Assembly: GCF_964355755.1 (NCBI RefSeq)
Contig: NC_092675.1
Span: 18,324,912 to 18,388,911, forward strand
DNA length: 64,000 bases
Direction of reading: 5' to 3'
Origin: Antedon mediterranea
Taxonomy: Eukaryota > Animalia > Echinodermata
Part shown: piece by piece, positions 11,601 through 25,114 of the stretch
Numbering within the stretch: the first letter of the stretch is position 1
How the letters are laid out: each line of letters begins with the position of its first letter
The notes under the pieces: model-generated
What the model was told of the DNA's origin: nothing
Databases searched by the model: none
Seen by the model: only the letters and a program-made list of their open reading frames with translations
Program-made: the position numbers and the translations under genes

Positions 11601-14600
11601 AACATGTAAAAAATATGTGTCTCTCCATCACCCCAACCACCTCCCCATCTCTCGCTTTTCCAATGCTACTGCATGCATCTATACACATCAAAATGGCCGG
11701 AATTGTACTGGAAAGTTTTTAGCTACATTTGAAAATAAGTCCCAGAGGATGGGTGTATTGTAATGTTATCAGAATTATGGCAATTGTTTGTAATGGGAAA
11801 GTTTTAAAACTACATTTGAAATATTTGCTAATAATATCACATGCTATTAAAGATATACTTATTTTCCCCCTGACAAAAGTAATTTTGACAAATATTTTTG
11901 TTGAATATGCAATTTTAATGTCACACATAATAGTTTCACCAAAAATTGGATTTAAAAAACATGATATAGTGCATACCCAAAAAAACTGTAATTCAAAGCA
12001 AAAAATAGGCTGGAAGTCAATGTGATTTTGGTTAAATTAACTGTTTATTTTGTCTTTAACGTGATATTTACTCTATTTTTTAGATTAGCTCTTTGATTAA
12101 ACACCTCTTCCAATGCAGTGAAGATCTTAAGTGTTGCCTTGTCTTACTAATCTTTCTTAACTTCTCTTTGAACGATCGTAATCAATATTTGTTGAGGTAT
12201 AATATTTCCCTCTAATATGGTAATGCCTGTTTTATTGAGTCAAATGCTTTCTGATAATCTCTAAATCAAAGATTTGGTGATATTCATTTCCTTTTTATTT
12301 TTAATTAGTTGATTGACAAACTGTATAAGATGGTCCTACTGTATAAAGCCTTATATATTGGTTTATTTACTTCTAGTCGGTCTCTGATTTTGGTTTTTGA
12401 TTACTTTTGTAAATTATTTGTGTAAATGTTATAATGTTCGTTTGGTCGGTAATGGTTGATGTCAGTTTTGTCATGTTTTTGTGGATTAAAGCATAATTAT
12501 TATTGCTTCTCTTAATTTCTTCTGGTTTCAAAGATTTTGTTGTATAGTGTTATGAGCTGGATGTGTTATTGCCTCATCAAGCCAAGATGGTAATTTTGAC
12601 TGCTCACTGGTTTGTTTTCCTTTTATATTCCACTACAGTATGTTCTTGAAAAGAAATCAGCTTTGTAATTAATTTGTCTTTGATCCTTTTCAGGTTTCTA
12701 ATATTTTAAACATATGTTTTTCTTTTCTTCGCTTTTTCCTCACTGTTTCAAACATTTTATTTTTTCAGCATACTTCAAGCAATTAATTGATAATTAGGTC
12801 ATATGTTTTATGAGTATCAAATCGTATTGGTTAATTCTTCTTTTCTTTCTTTAAGATCCTGATTTTCTTTCTTTTTTAAAAATGTTATTTAACTTTTAAG
12901 TTTATCTAATTTTTTGTTGATATTAAGTGTTGCTCTTACGGTGTAGGCCTACCATGCGATGGAATTATATATTGAAATTAAATTAAACATTAAGTTTTAA
13001 GAAAATTGTAAAAGGCTAAATAGGATATTGAATGTAGTTCTGGTCCATTAAATCTATATTTTAGGTATATTATTATTAGTATGAAACACGCACGCTTAAC
13101 AGTATATCCTGGTCATACCTCAAACTGGCATTTCCAGTAAAAATATGATAACATCTTCTATTAGAGCTAATATAAATGTTTACATTTTGAACATTTTGAC
13201 ACCAAGTTGAACTTTTTATGACATTTGGTTACAGAGATACAGACATATTTAAACATTAAAGGTCAAAGGTCAGTAAATGACATTTCCTGTGGATTTGGAA
13301 GAACATGTTTAATTAGAGTATATATAAATATGTATGCTCTTAACAATTTGAAACAAATTTCAAGAAATTTTGATCAGTAGTTATTGAGATATAGTAAGCC
13401 GAGGTCAAAGGTCAAAACATTGAGAAATTACATTTCTGGTCGTTTTTTTGGAAAAAGTTCTATTAGAGCGAATATAAATATGTACCCTCTGATCTATTTG
13501 ACACCAATATCATTTCAATTGTCAAACCCGTTGCGGAGATATGGCTGTTTAAGATAGAAATATAAAAATTGAGGTCAGAGGTCACAGAGGTCAAATCAGA
13601 TTTCCAGTAACTTTGTTTTGGTATCTCCATATCATGTTCTATCAACATGCCAAAGGGCACACTTGTATCCACTATGGTAACATCATTTCCCCTTAGGGAC
13701 TGGACTACTTAAATTAACTAAACAAACAAGTTTATGTGCTTGCATCCTTTTGCGTTAACTGCAAGTCTAACTAATGTTTGTTTTGAACTAGACAATTTGC
13801 ATTTGAAGATACACGTATTGATGAATCTCTTCGTATGTATCTTGAGGCATTTCGATTACCCGGAGAAGCACCTGTCATCCAGAATGTCTTGGAACATTTC
13901 TCAGATCATTGGCATGTAAGTCAATTCAACCTCTCAAGCTAATTGAAGGCTCATTTCATAAAGATCCATCTAATTAAAAAATCAATTAAATGCCTGTCTG
14001 TAAGTAATGACTTTTCCAATTAAAGATCAATCCAATATAGTATTCCAATTAAAGTCCCTGCCAATTAAACACTCCCTCCAATTACAGACCTCTCTAATAG
14101 AGCACTCCCTCCAATTAAGGGCCCCTCTAATAGAGCACTCCCTCCAATTAAAAATTCTCCCATTAAAGATTTCCTTCAATTAAACAATCTAACCAAAGAT
14201 CCCTCTAATTAAAGACCACTGCAATTAAACACCCTCCAATTAAAGACCCCTCTAATTAAAGACCACTGCAATTAAACACCCTCCAATTAAAGATCCCTCT
14301 AATTAAAGACCACTGCAATTAAACACCCTCCAATTAAAGATCCCTCTAGTTAAAGACCACTGCAATTAAACACCCTCCAATTAAAGACCTCAATAATTAT
14401 AGACATTCCAAGTAAAGTGCTTTAATTAAACAACATCTAATTAAAGACTAGTTTTGTATTCATGACAAAGAAGATTTATCATATCTTATTATCTGTTTAC
14501 CATTTGATGTACTGTTTATCTTTATCTTTAAAAATCTATATTATTTTTACAATTTAGAAAAGTAATCATCAACCATTTGCAAATAATGATGCTGCATTTA

Positions 14601-17600
14601 CCCTGGCATATGCTGTCATTATGCTGAACGTTGATCAACACAACCACAATGCAAAAAAGCAGAATATACCCATGACTGTAGCGGTAAGTAAACATACATT
14701 ATTTATCATACTTCATACCAATTTATAACCTGTGATAAGTAAGTTACTATATGGGCCACATAAATAGTCAGACTGGATGTGGGTAATCAAAATAACACTT
14801 GATTCCCATCACTGTCACCAACATTGTCATAGATTAATTCAGGCATTGCTTTAAATCTTTATGATATGTATAGATGTGTACAATATCACATTGTAGAAAG
14901 TAAATGTGACATTGTCATAGAATAATATATTCATTTTTGTTACAATATTTATTTTTATTTAGGAGTTTAAAAAGAATCTTCTGAAAGTGAATGGAGGTGA
15001 AGACTTTGACCAATCAATGTTAGAGGAAGTTTATTCTGCCATCAGGTAAGTTCATCATCATCTGTTGTATGTCTACTACTGGAAATTCTCTTTTTCTTTA
15101 CCTAATTTGTTCTGCCTCAATACTTCTCTTCTGTGTTCTTAATCATTTTTCTTAGATGAGACTATTATATTTTAAATTTATGGTCTTTTATTTTAGAAAT
15201 GAAGAAATTGTGATGCCTGCGGAACAGACAGGTCTTGTACGTGAAAACTATATATGGCGATGTCTACTTAAACGAGGCTGTACCCTTGATGGTACATTTC
15301 TACACACACCAGCAGCTGCTATGGACAAGGAGCTGTTTTTATTAACTTGGGGACCTACCGTTGCAGCATTGTCATTTGTGTTTGATAAAAGCCCGGATGA
15401 AAAAATAACACTTAAAGCAATATCAGGATTCAGGTGGGCTATATTAATTTTGTTGTTGTTGATAATTTAGGCACCCTGTTATTATCTTCTTGCTGTTGGA
15501 TGTGTAATATATATATATGACGACAAACACAAATAATTGTATTTTCGAGCATCTGGGAACACCTAATCGCATATATCCTCTTATATTAATTGTTATATTT
15601 TGTATATCCTGTATATGCATTTTAATCTGTATATTTATACTGTACTTTGTATTTTGCTTTGTGTTCTAAACATTTTACTGATTTTATTCTATTTTTATAT
15701 TAAGTTGCCATGAGAACAACCAATTTCAACCAATGGGGGTCCATGCTTAGGGGGCTCCAAGACCTCATGAGCTTTAAGGACATTTTCTTTTATTCTTAGG
15801 TCATAATAGACCATATGAAATTGCAGCATTGGTCCTGGATTTAAGATATTTAAGAGATTCTTTAGTTCAATTTACTGTCCAATAAACATCAAGGTTATAA
15901 ATAAATATGCAATATTCTTCTTGATCCAGGAATATAATTTGTTAAATATAACATAGATTAATTCAGGCATTTTCATGTTTGTTTTTTGTAGAAAATGTGC
16001 AATGATTTCAGCTCATTATGGTTTAAGTGATGTATTTGATAATCTTGTCATATCCCTGTGCAAGTTTACAACATTAATGAGTTCAGGAGAGGTGAGAACA
16101 AAATCTTTACTCCACTAGAACTACTGCACATGACCGGCGTTACCAAATTCATTTTGTATTTTTATACACCCTGACCTGTATATTTGTTCTTATTTAATTC
16201 ACTGTTTTGTTTTGTAATTGTGTAATATTAATTATTAATTAAAATATTAATTAATATGGAAAGCGCCTTTGAACATTTTTCTTTAACGGCAGATATATTT
16301 CACCAAGATTGTGACCTTAACTTTGTCATTAGTCAATTTTTATTTATCTCTTCTTAGTCGCCTGAAATGCTTCCGATCGTTTTTGGATCAAACATGAAAG
16401 CCCAACTTGCAGCCAAGAACATGTTCGGACTGGCACATCGTCATGGTGACATCCTAGGGGAAGGTTGGAAGAACATCCTTGATTGTATGCTTCAACTCTT
16501 TAAAGCCAAACTTCTGCCATCGGAACTGGTTGATGTTGATGACTTTGTTGCATCTAGTGGTAGTATATCACTGCTGAAGAGAGAAGAGATGCCGTCACAG
16601 AGGTATCGTATTGATTTTTATATACAAATTCATGTTTATTTTCATTTTTCAATAACATTATTACATTAGTATTTATGCATAGTGCCCTTTCAAAAATGTA
16701 AACATTGATGTATTTATTTAAATAGGTCAGACTCTTCACTGCTGAGCTCTTTTGTTTACTACTTTACTGCCAACACTGAAACCTCAACTCAACGGGGTCC
16801 AACCCCAGAAGACCAAGAAGCTATTCATGTCGCCCGTAACTGTATAGAGGTAAGATATTTCTTGAATCCATCATATTGTAAAAACGGGTATCAGGTATTT
16901 AATTACAAATTTTAACCAGCAATTAATTAACCAGTCTTTAACCAGCCTTGTCTACACTATCAAATCTTATGTGACAAAAAATGTTATGTGCCCATATATG
17001 GACATGATAATGTCATATCACTACCATATTTGGGAATATCACTACCATTTTTGGGCAGAGCTTTAACCTTTTAAAAACTTCTTTCGTTTCCACAGGACTG
17101 CCATCCTGAGCATCTTCTAACCGAGAGTAAATTCCTTCGTATTGAGTCATTGCAAGACCTCATAAAGGCGTTAACGTTTGCATCACAAGGACCTCAAGCA
17201 GCAGAGAGTACTGGAACACCATTTGACGAAGAAGCTGCAGTATTCAACTTGGAACTGTTGATAAGAGTTGTATTTGAAAACAGGTAAGAACACTATGGAC
17301 AATTTTCTTCATAACTTACAACCCCAGTTTGATGGCAGTAAGAAAATAAAATAAAATTTTTCCCTGAATAACAGTTTACCATAATATAGGAGTTGGCCTG
17401 GTGTTTCCTGAATATGGATTTCCCAATGGGAAATACTATTGTATTTATTAATTGTCTAAGCACTGTACACTGACAAACAACATTTTGATTTTGTAGAGAC
17501 CGGGTGAGCGCCTTATGGCAGTCTGTACGAGATCATTTGTACAGTTTGATTGTAAGTTCATCTGAACATGGCTTTCTTGTTGAAAGAGCGGTAGTTGGGC

Positions 17601-19589
17601 TTCTACGACTGGCAATACGCCTGTTACGACGAGAAGAGATTTCAGGACAGGTAAACTATTATATTATTTTTTAAAGTAAATTTTCCCCCTCTGATTGATG
17701 GTAACTCATTATCAGGGCTTTGACCTGTCCATTCTCATTTGTCTTAAATTTCTCCAGGCAGGTATTTAATAGTGCGCTTGTTACTTGTTTGGATATTGAT
17801 TTATTTTATGATAGTTTAAATGTATTTAAGGGTAAAATTGTTAAATCTCTATGATGTTCCAATCTTTGTTTATGTTATTGTTGCTTATTTGGATTTATTA
17901 TTATAGTTTATTATGTTTAGATTCAACCTGTTTAGTGGCGGTTTCATCGCTGTTAGTTGTGACTGAATAAACTAAAAAATAAAATAAAATTATTTATCGA
18001 AATTGACCATAAAAATATTATTGCCTCATTTAAATACGGTGTAGTAGGTGTATAAGTACTCTAGGCATTGATTATAGTTCTGACGATAAGAATAGAATTC
18101 TTGAAACACATACTTTTTTTGGTGGTATTATACATGAAATATAAACATGTATTGAAGAATATATTATCTTTTATAATATGTTATCTTTTGTACATACAGG
18201 TTATTGCATCTTTGCGTATGTTGTTTATGATGCGACCAAGTGTACTTCACAAACAATGTCGTCAGATCTCGCACGCACTCTATGAACTATTGCGTACAAA
18301 TGCTGCCAATATTCACACCCCTATGGATTGGTATACACTGTTTACTCTACTAGAATGTGTTGGTGCAGGGGCCATACCACCTCCTATGAAACAGGTGGCT
18401 ATCGGAACAGAGTCTGATGATTGTGCAAGTGTTTGCGGTGATCATGGTAGGTGGTACTTAAATTTTTTTTGTAAGGTTGGCTTGAATTAGCCTTATCATC
18501 ATGAATTATGTGAATCATTTTGCACCTCCACTAGCATGGTACAGTATATAAAATAATGTGGTATTTTTATATTTTGACCTTTAATGTTTATTAGGTATTC
18601 ATTAGTAATATTTTCCTCACTCTTCTTCTTATTTTTTTTTTAATAAGGATATTATACAATGTTATCAAAATAAATTAAACAATTTAACAGAAAAAAACTA
18701 TAAAAAAAATATAAAATATATTTGAGGTTTGTAGTTAAATGTTTGTTTTTTATTGATGTTATAGATGCACAATCTGATAGTGAGTTGTCTGTCAGTAGCC
18801 AGATAACAACAGTATCTGACCATGGCTATACTTCTGATTCAGAACTGTACAACATGCACAAGCCGAAGCGTAGTAGTAGTGAAGGGGATGTACGCGACAT
18901 TGGACGAGGGGGCTGGCTGGTAGTAAGGGATTTTTTTTTTTGCCCCTAAAATCGCAATTTCATATTCTTCATTATTTTTACACTTTGTTTCTGCATCAAA
19001 CACCAAAAATATTAATATAAGAATAATGAATTATTTGTTGTAATAAATAACATTGTAATCTTTTATAAAGGTAAAGAAAGATGAAGAAGAAAATAAACAG
19101 CCACACAATCAATATGAAATATCTCTTGATATCGAGCTTCGACACCATGATACAAAATCACTCATGAAATGCTGCGAAGTCCTAGCTTTCCTTGTACGCG
19201 ATGCTGCTCATGTTACGCCTGACAATTTTGAATCCTGCGTGCACTGCATCAGGACTTTTGTGGAAGCCACTGTGAATGGAGGAAGATTAAGCGATCATCA
19301 ACGGAGACAGAGGGCAGCAAACAGGGAGGTTAAAGACAGAAGAGGAAAGAAGAGTAAGAAGAAAATGCCAAAGACTTACTCGGTACCAGATAAGATTGCA
19401 CAAGTTGGCGACCATGAGGATGAAGAGGATGCTGCGTTGGGTGGATATCATTCACTCTCTATACAGGTACAGTCAATTGTGCGGTTATTCATAATAGTTG
19501 TTAATGTATTCACATTGTCTGAAGAAGTGTTGGTCTTTATATTCAGTCAACTACTGAAGTGAAAAACAGAAAATCTCTAAATCCAGATG

Positions 19590-19625
<36 letters not shown>

Positions 19626-22262
19626 ACAAGAGGCAAAGATATAAGTTATCATTAAAAATACTTTGAAATACCAGTGTTTCTGGAAACCCAGACAAATTAG
19701 GCTAGCCGTCACTGGGCATCTACAACAGTGTTTTGTTTGGAGTGAATTAATAAAACAACCCTAGAGTTCAAAACACCTAGAGATGCCAATCAGTTGACAT
19801 GGCTAAGAGTGTTCTTGACACATCATACCATTTTGCAACATGATTTAGCAGTTATTTATACTTTCATTTGGTAGTTGTTGGATCTGATGCATACATTACA
19901 CACAAAAGCAGCGACAATATTCAGTTCATGGGCAGAAGAACAAAATAAATTGGGTGAAGTTCATACCATAGATGCTGGTGCTAGTGCATTGTGGATAAAA
20001 TGCTGGTGTCCCTTGTTGCAAGGTAAGTAATGTTGGTGGAAAATGTGTACCTATTTTATCATCTTATGTAATGATTTGTTCCATGTAGGGCATCCATGAG
20101 GGCATTAGTTGTAATGACAAAATATTTGTATAATTTAGGTATTGCTCGACTGTGTTGTGATACAAGACGTCAAGTACGAATGCAAGCCTTCTCATACTTG
20201 CAGAGAGCACTTCTTGTGCACGACCTCCAGACTCTCTCTGCAACTGAGTGGGAATCAAGCTTCAACATCGTTCTCTTTCCACTGCTCACAAAACTGCTCA
20301 CCAACATCAACAGTCACGACCCAGACGGGGTTGAAGAGACACGAATGAGGGCGGCCACACTACTCTGTAAAGTGTTCCTCCAACATCTATCGCCGCTTTT
20401 GTCTTTGGCAACGTTCACAGCTCTCTGGTTGACCATTTTGGATTTCATGGACAAGTATATGCATGCAGATAAGAGTGATCTACTGGTAAGTATTACCATA
20501 TTTAGCCTGGTTATGCTACAGCGCACCTAGCAAGAAATTTAGTGGGAGGATATCAATTTTCTATACTTAATTTTAGTTATTGTCAGGTATGAACAGTATT
20601 TTTCACTATTGAAGATCAAAACACACGCCTAGATTATATACGCAGTGACAAAATGAAGGAAAATAACCTTCTCCAGCCTTGATGTGTGAACTATAACCAT
20701 GTCACAAAATGCATGTATCCAACTCACATTCCCAGCTGGTTTTTCAATGAACCATTTTATTTTAAACTTGGCTACAGATTTTTTTAGAGCATTAAATTGC
20801 TTTTACTGATCTGCTGTACTTTACTGTACCAATGCTGTACCAATACCTTTTTAGGAAATTCCAAGCTGGTTTCATTTTTTGTCGCATGCAACAGCAACTC
20901 TATAGCTCACTATGTCGGGTTGGCTGGTTGGTTGGTGGGTGTCACTCGGTAAACACTAACTCAAATTTGTACACGCAACTGCAGTCATGTATATGGTCTT
21001 GTTTCTTAATATCTAAGTTATTCATCAATCTTACAGTTTGAAGCTATTCCTGAATCTCTTAAAAACATGTTGCTTGTGATGCATACAGCCGGAATCCTAA
21101 GCAGTGAAGATCAAGGAGATTATTCCCCACTATGGCACGTCACATGGGAGAGAATTGACTGCTTCTTACCTCAATTAAAACATGATCTATTCAGGCCTAG
21201 GGAGCCATGTAAGTGAATGGAATTATTTAAAATATTAATAAAATTATTAAATTAAATTAGGACAATAATAAATTATTTTTATTTATTTATTTGGTATAAA
21301 ACAAAATCACAACAATCCCAGAGGGCAACCTGTGATTTACTAAAACAGTTGAAAACAAAGAAAATGATGAAGAAATAACAAACTTAAGTGAAAAATAAGT
21401 TCTAATTGGTTGGAGTTGATTATTACAAGTTTTTGTTTTTTTATTATTATTGTCAAATGTTTCAATTTTGTTAAAATAATAATAAACAAAATGAATTTAT
21501 TTTGTTTAGCTAAACCAAAAGTTGAAACTGTTGTTGATCCTAGCGATGCCCCTAAACAAGATAGTAGCATTCCTCGGGATGGAGCACCAAAGGTCAAAGA
21601 GGCAGAAAAACAAAAAGAAAATGGAGGTAAGTGTATTGTATATCCATCCAAACTTGATATGTTTTTAATGCTTCTTATATAATTAAATCAGGTTTTTATG
21701 TGAAAAACAATGCATACATACATGTATATAAATGATAAAATTATATTTAAAACATACAAAAAGCAATAATAACTAATTAAAATATAATATTCCTTCATAT
21801 TCATACATTTTTAATACTTCTTTTAATATTAAATCAGGTTTTTACATGAAAAACAATGCATAATTAAAATCTGTATATAAATGTATTTTAAAACATAAAT
21901 AATTGCCATATAATATTCTTTCAGTAAAATGATTTTTTACTATAATTAAGGACATCTAAATAATTTCCAACACACTTTCTTTTTACTTACTAATGCAATT
22001 TACTATTATAAATGGTTGTAAATTTTAAAAGTGAAACAACATTCTTTTTTTTTATATAGATGTAGAAAATGCAGTCGTTCGTTCTGCTAGTCCTGCTCAG
22101 ATCATACTTCAACCACCATTACCATCAGCTGTTCCTATTCCTCATGACAAGTCTGGTGCATCTGTACCTATTCTATTAAATCCTAATATACTACAAACAG
22201 GAGGCATTCAAGGCCTGCCTATACTAGGTGTTCCTGTGGGCGATACTGCCAACAGCTCATGA
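2643..22262 (+). CDS. GBF1: Golgi-specific brefeldin A-resistance guanine nucleotide exchange factor 1 (large Sec7 Arf-GEF); spliced, 5'-partial
   Basis: 31 GT-AG exons join in one frame (5375 nt, ~1790 aa, TGA at 22260-22262): 2643-2774, 3080-3198, 3587-3695, 3812-3915, 4075-4479, 4941-5106, 5393-5477, 5996-6131, 7753-7944, 8508-8609, 8785-8980, 9442-9576, 9953-10074, 10432-10634, 13792-13915, 14558-14683, 14963-15045, 15197-15433, 15992-16091, 16358-16602, 16726-16849, 17096-17283, 17497-17650, 18200-18446, 18765-18922, 19071-19466, 19875-20022, 20139-20485, 21037-21208, 21510-21626, 22060-22262. GBF1 motifs: DCB region [19 protein letters not shown] and [24 protein letters not shown] box YLNYDCD, Sec7 [10 protein letters not shown] and [16 protein letters not shown] region [21 protein letters not shown] and [14 protein letters not shown]. 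Confidence 0.97.
4693..4878. mobile_element. Degenerate palindromic MITE-like element
   Basis: tacgcttttcaca ... tgtgaaaagggta, plus inner inverted acaacttgtaac / ttataagttgt. Confidence 0.4.
5774..5949. mobile_element. PIF/Harbinger-type MITE, family 1 (3 internal 21-bp repeats)
   Basis: TIRs ATCTCTGTCTACACTATCAAAC / GTTTGATAGTGTAGAAAGAGCT, TTA TSD, internal (tatcactaccatatttgggcc)x3. Confidence 0.85.
6306..7577. repeat. 63-bp minisatellite, ~20 copies, in a GBF1 intron
   Basis: Unit GGAAAGTGTCCCTTAGGARTTGGTTGTAATGTTTAGACACATAGTGCCCTTGTTTGTTTAACA; it produces the 477-aa antisense ORF with a 21-aa period. Confidence 0.98.
11465..11600. mobile_element. PIF/Harbinger-type MITE, family 1, nested
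   Basis: AACTCTGTCTACACTAT ... ATAGTGTAGACA with the family core tgtgatgtgcccatatatggac. Confidence 0.8.
12040..12900 (-). mobile_element. Highly degenerate non-LTR retrotransposon reverse-transcriptase remnant (RTE-like)
   Basis: Minus-strand peptides in correct RT order: [11 protein letters not shown] (~12558-12526), [21 protein letters not shown] (~12258-12229), [15 protein letters not shown] (~12147-12099); many stops and frameshifts. Confidence 0.7.
14040..14450. repeat. Degenerate minisatellite of ~16-bp subunits (AATTAAAGACC-like) with a ~47-bp higher-order unit
   Basis: Repeated aattaaagaccactgcaattaaacaccctccaattaaagatccctct. Confidence 0.85.
16944..17062. mobile_element. PIF/Harbinger-type MITE, family 1 (internally deleted)
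   Basis: AGCCTTGTCTACACTATCAAA, family core, two 21-bp repeats, end cagagct followed by TTA. Confidence 0.75.
19594..19622. repeat. (TA)n microsatellite
   Basis: About 14 TA units. Confidence 0.95.
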
Positions 22263-23779
22263 GGGTCTTGAATAGGGTATATTATCTGTTTAAGCTGATG
22301 TTGGGGTAGATTTGGTTCAGCATAATTGACCTAGGATTATTAATAGCGATGATAGAAGTTGATTGTGCCTCTATTGATATTGTATTGTATACTGTCATGT
22401 GATATTGTATTTATATTAAGAATGAAATTGAACTATTATAATATATATACAAATTTATTTAATTCTCTGTTAATTTAATGTATAGATACAATGTTAATGT
22501 GAGTGGTTTGTTGATGGCTGTGTTACTAATAATTCCTGATAGCAAATTGATATTTAATTTTCTGATCCTGTTTACATACATGCGATGTAAGTGCAATTTT
22601 ATGTTTCTATTTAACAGTCTATGCACAATAATTATTCCAATATTTTGTGCGATTAATGTGTAGAATAAAAAAAATATGTCTCATAACCCTGTACCACAGG
22701 CTTTCTAAACTAGAGGGTAGTGCATTTTATGTAATAATAGACATTTATCAGATAGAATCGTGCCTGAGTAGCCATGTTTTTTACATGGTTTCGTTTTTCC
22801 ACCAAATGGGTAGAAATCATGAGGTAGGCTGTTTCTTCACATACAACAATATTTCCCCAGTATTATGGTACTACGTGATACATGTGAGGCTGTATTACCT
22901 ATAATAACTGGGAAATCTTGATACAGTATCGAGAATTGAGTGCAGCTGCTGATGATTTCTAGTTTTGAAAATAAAAGGGCACTGACTTGTCATTGAGTTT
23001 GTGTAATGTTATTATTTCAGGGTAAACTGCCCTGTAATATCCCCTGTTTGGACATTACTATACATGTACATTTGTGTTTAGATCTTTGCAAGGAATATAC
23101 TGTTATAAACTTTATTGTATAAATTATATTGCAACAAATATATATCAACTATTGGAATTATAATTCAAAATAAGTACATGGTATAACCTCAATTAATGGA
23201 AATTAATTTTGAATTATAAGCAGTCTTAAGGCCAGACGAGCGGAAATGGTAAGCGATAAATCAAAATTTCTCAGTTGGCTTTTTATTGTGTGTGAGGTAT
23301 GAAAGACATTGGTTGAAATTAGTATCTAATTCTAGTGACTCAATTTAGGTATATAATTCAACCTTTATTTATCCATTTAATCTCTGGCTCTGCGTATCTT
23401 AAATAATTAGTTTCTCTTGGTGTAATAATGGTTAATATAACAAAAATGTTATATGTAATAATGTTACAAATACATCATTAAAGGAATAGCAAATATATAT
23501 ATTTTATTGATGAGAAATACTGAGTCTAATTATTTCTGTTTTATTTATCAAAGGGATAAATGTTTGCATTGTGTAATAAAAATTAAATACAAAATCAAAA
23601 ATAATGCATTGTGATATTTTTATAAACATTTGGAAAAGGTGTGTATGTACTGTAGGCAATTTGTTCGAAATATTTCGAATTATGACCCTTTAATCCTGTG
23701 ATAACATTAGTGAATACTTAAATCCCTGGGCAAGGGGAAAAAAGCCGAAATCATCGAAATAAACGAGTCTAATCATCGA

Positions 23780-24210
23780 CTTTGCTATAGTTTCAATGGC
23801 TCTATAAGATGTTGATAACACAATATATGCGTGTAAATGGCAATATTATCGTATAATTACTGAATTTTAAAATATGAATAATTTTGCCAAAAGGGTCGAA
23901 AAATGCCAAAGTTCCGACCCTTTTATTTTTTGACATAACTAGTTCCTATGGCTCTATAAAGATGATGATAACACAATATATGCGCATATATGCCAATATT
24001 ATCGCATAATTATTAAATTTTAAAAGGTAGATATTTTGGACATTTTTCGAAAAAATCCCTGTACTATGTACAGGGCAATTTTCGATAAATTGTTCGACCA
24101 TTTTATTTTTTCACATAACTAGTTCCAATGGCTCTAAGATGATAACACAATATGTGCGTATATATGGCAATATTATAGCATAATTATTGAATTTTAAAAA
24201 AGTGGATATT
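23780..24210. repeat. Degenerate ~150-180-bp tandem repeat, at least 3 copies, between GBF1 and gelsolin A
   Basis: atggctctataagat..gataacacaatatatgcg..atggcaatattatcgcataattattgaattttaaaa recurs at ~23790, ~23945 and ~24125. Confidence 0.8.
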
Positions 24211-25114
24211 TTGGCCGAATCACACTTTTTGTCACATAAAGTTTGATACTGTAGCTTTATGATTTCTGGCATGACATACGGATAACCATAATATAATGGT
24301 AATGTGATCTCCGCATTTTACCACAGAAACTTGCCAAATTTCGACCTTCTATTTGTTTTTGCTTTTTTCGAAAAAAATGCATGTACTGTAGTACAAAGAT
24401 TTTTTTCGAATGATCACAATTTGATATAATTGGTTACTATGACACTATTACACAATGATATGCACGTATGATTGCATAATTGAATATTGTCATATTTTAG
24501 GCAGACCAGTTCCATCCCATGGAACCAACCAATTCCACTTATGGGTATGGTAATTCACATACAGCAACTTTGGTATGATATATTCAATCAAAAGACGACA
24601 CAAAATAAACAACAACTTATAATCTACTACGCATGGATGAAAACATGCAAATCATTTACTAAAATCATTTGTTTGGTTCACATGATCAAGTTTGTCCTTT
24701 CCATTTCATGCCGTCTTTGAAATTAAATAAAAAATCTTCTATCCTGGATACGCTGGTGGATTGTCTTCCAAGAAACCTTTTGACAATGACTTAATTTACA
24801 ATTTAAAGAATAAGAAGGCTTATAGTTCGCATTTCTCTCGGTAATTATGGATTTAAATCGAGTCATTCATTTTAGTACAAGAACCGTCAAGTTATATGTA
24901 ATCAAATGTAGGCCTAGGGCTATATAATTTATAAAGTAATAACTTATACAAATCTAAATTAAGCAACTAATTTCAATTTATAAGTCTTAATACACAACTT
25001 ATTGATTGAAAGCTTTGGCGCTAACTGCTTCCCTATAAATATTAATAATTGTCAATAGACATTATTCGAAAAGTATCAAAAGATGTCCACTCTCGGACTT
25101 CTGCTTAGATCCAT

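Larger units (their letters stand above)
10733..13707. mobile_element. Non-autonomous DNA transposon with long TIRs, Academ-like, carrying nested insertions
   Basis: Perfect terminal IR TAGTCCAGTCCCTAAGGGG, CTT on both flanks, imperfect inverted arms of ~600 bp (e.g. ~10826-10893 vs ~13557-13628). The superfamily is inferred from the termini and TSD only. Confidence 0.8.
10432..15045 (+). other. GBF1: Sec7 catalytic domain exons of GBF1 (10432-10634, 13792-13915, 14558-14683, 14963-15045)
   Basis: Translation gives [15 protein letters not shown]...IGEYV...[17 protein letters not shown]...[16 protein letters not shown]...FKKNL; the glutamate finger is intact. Confidence 0.95.
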
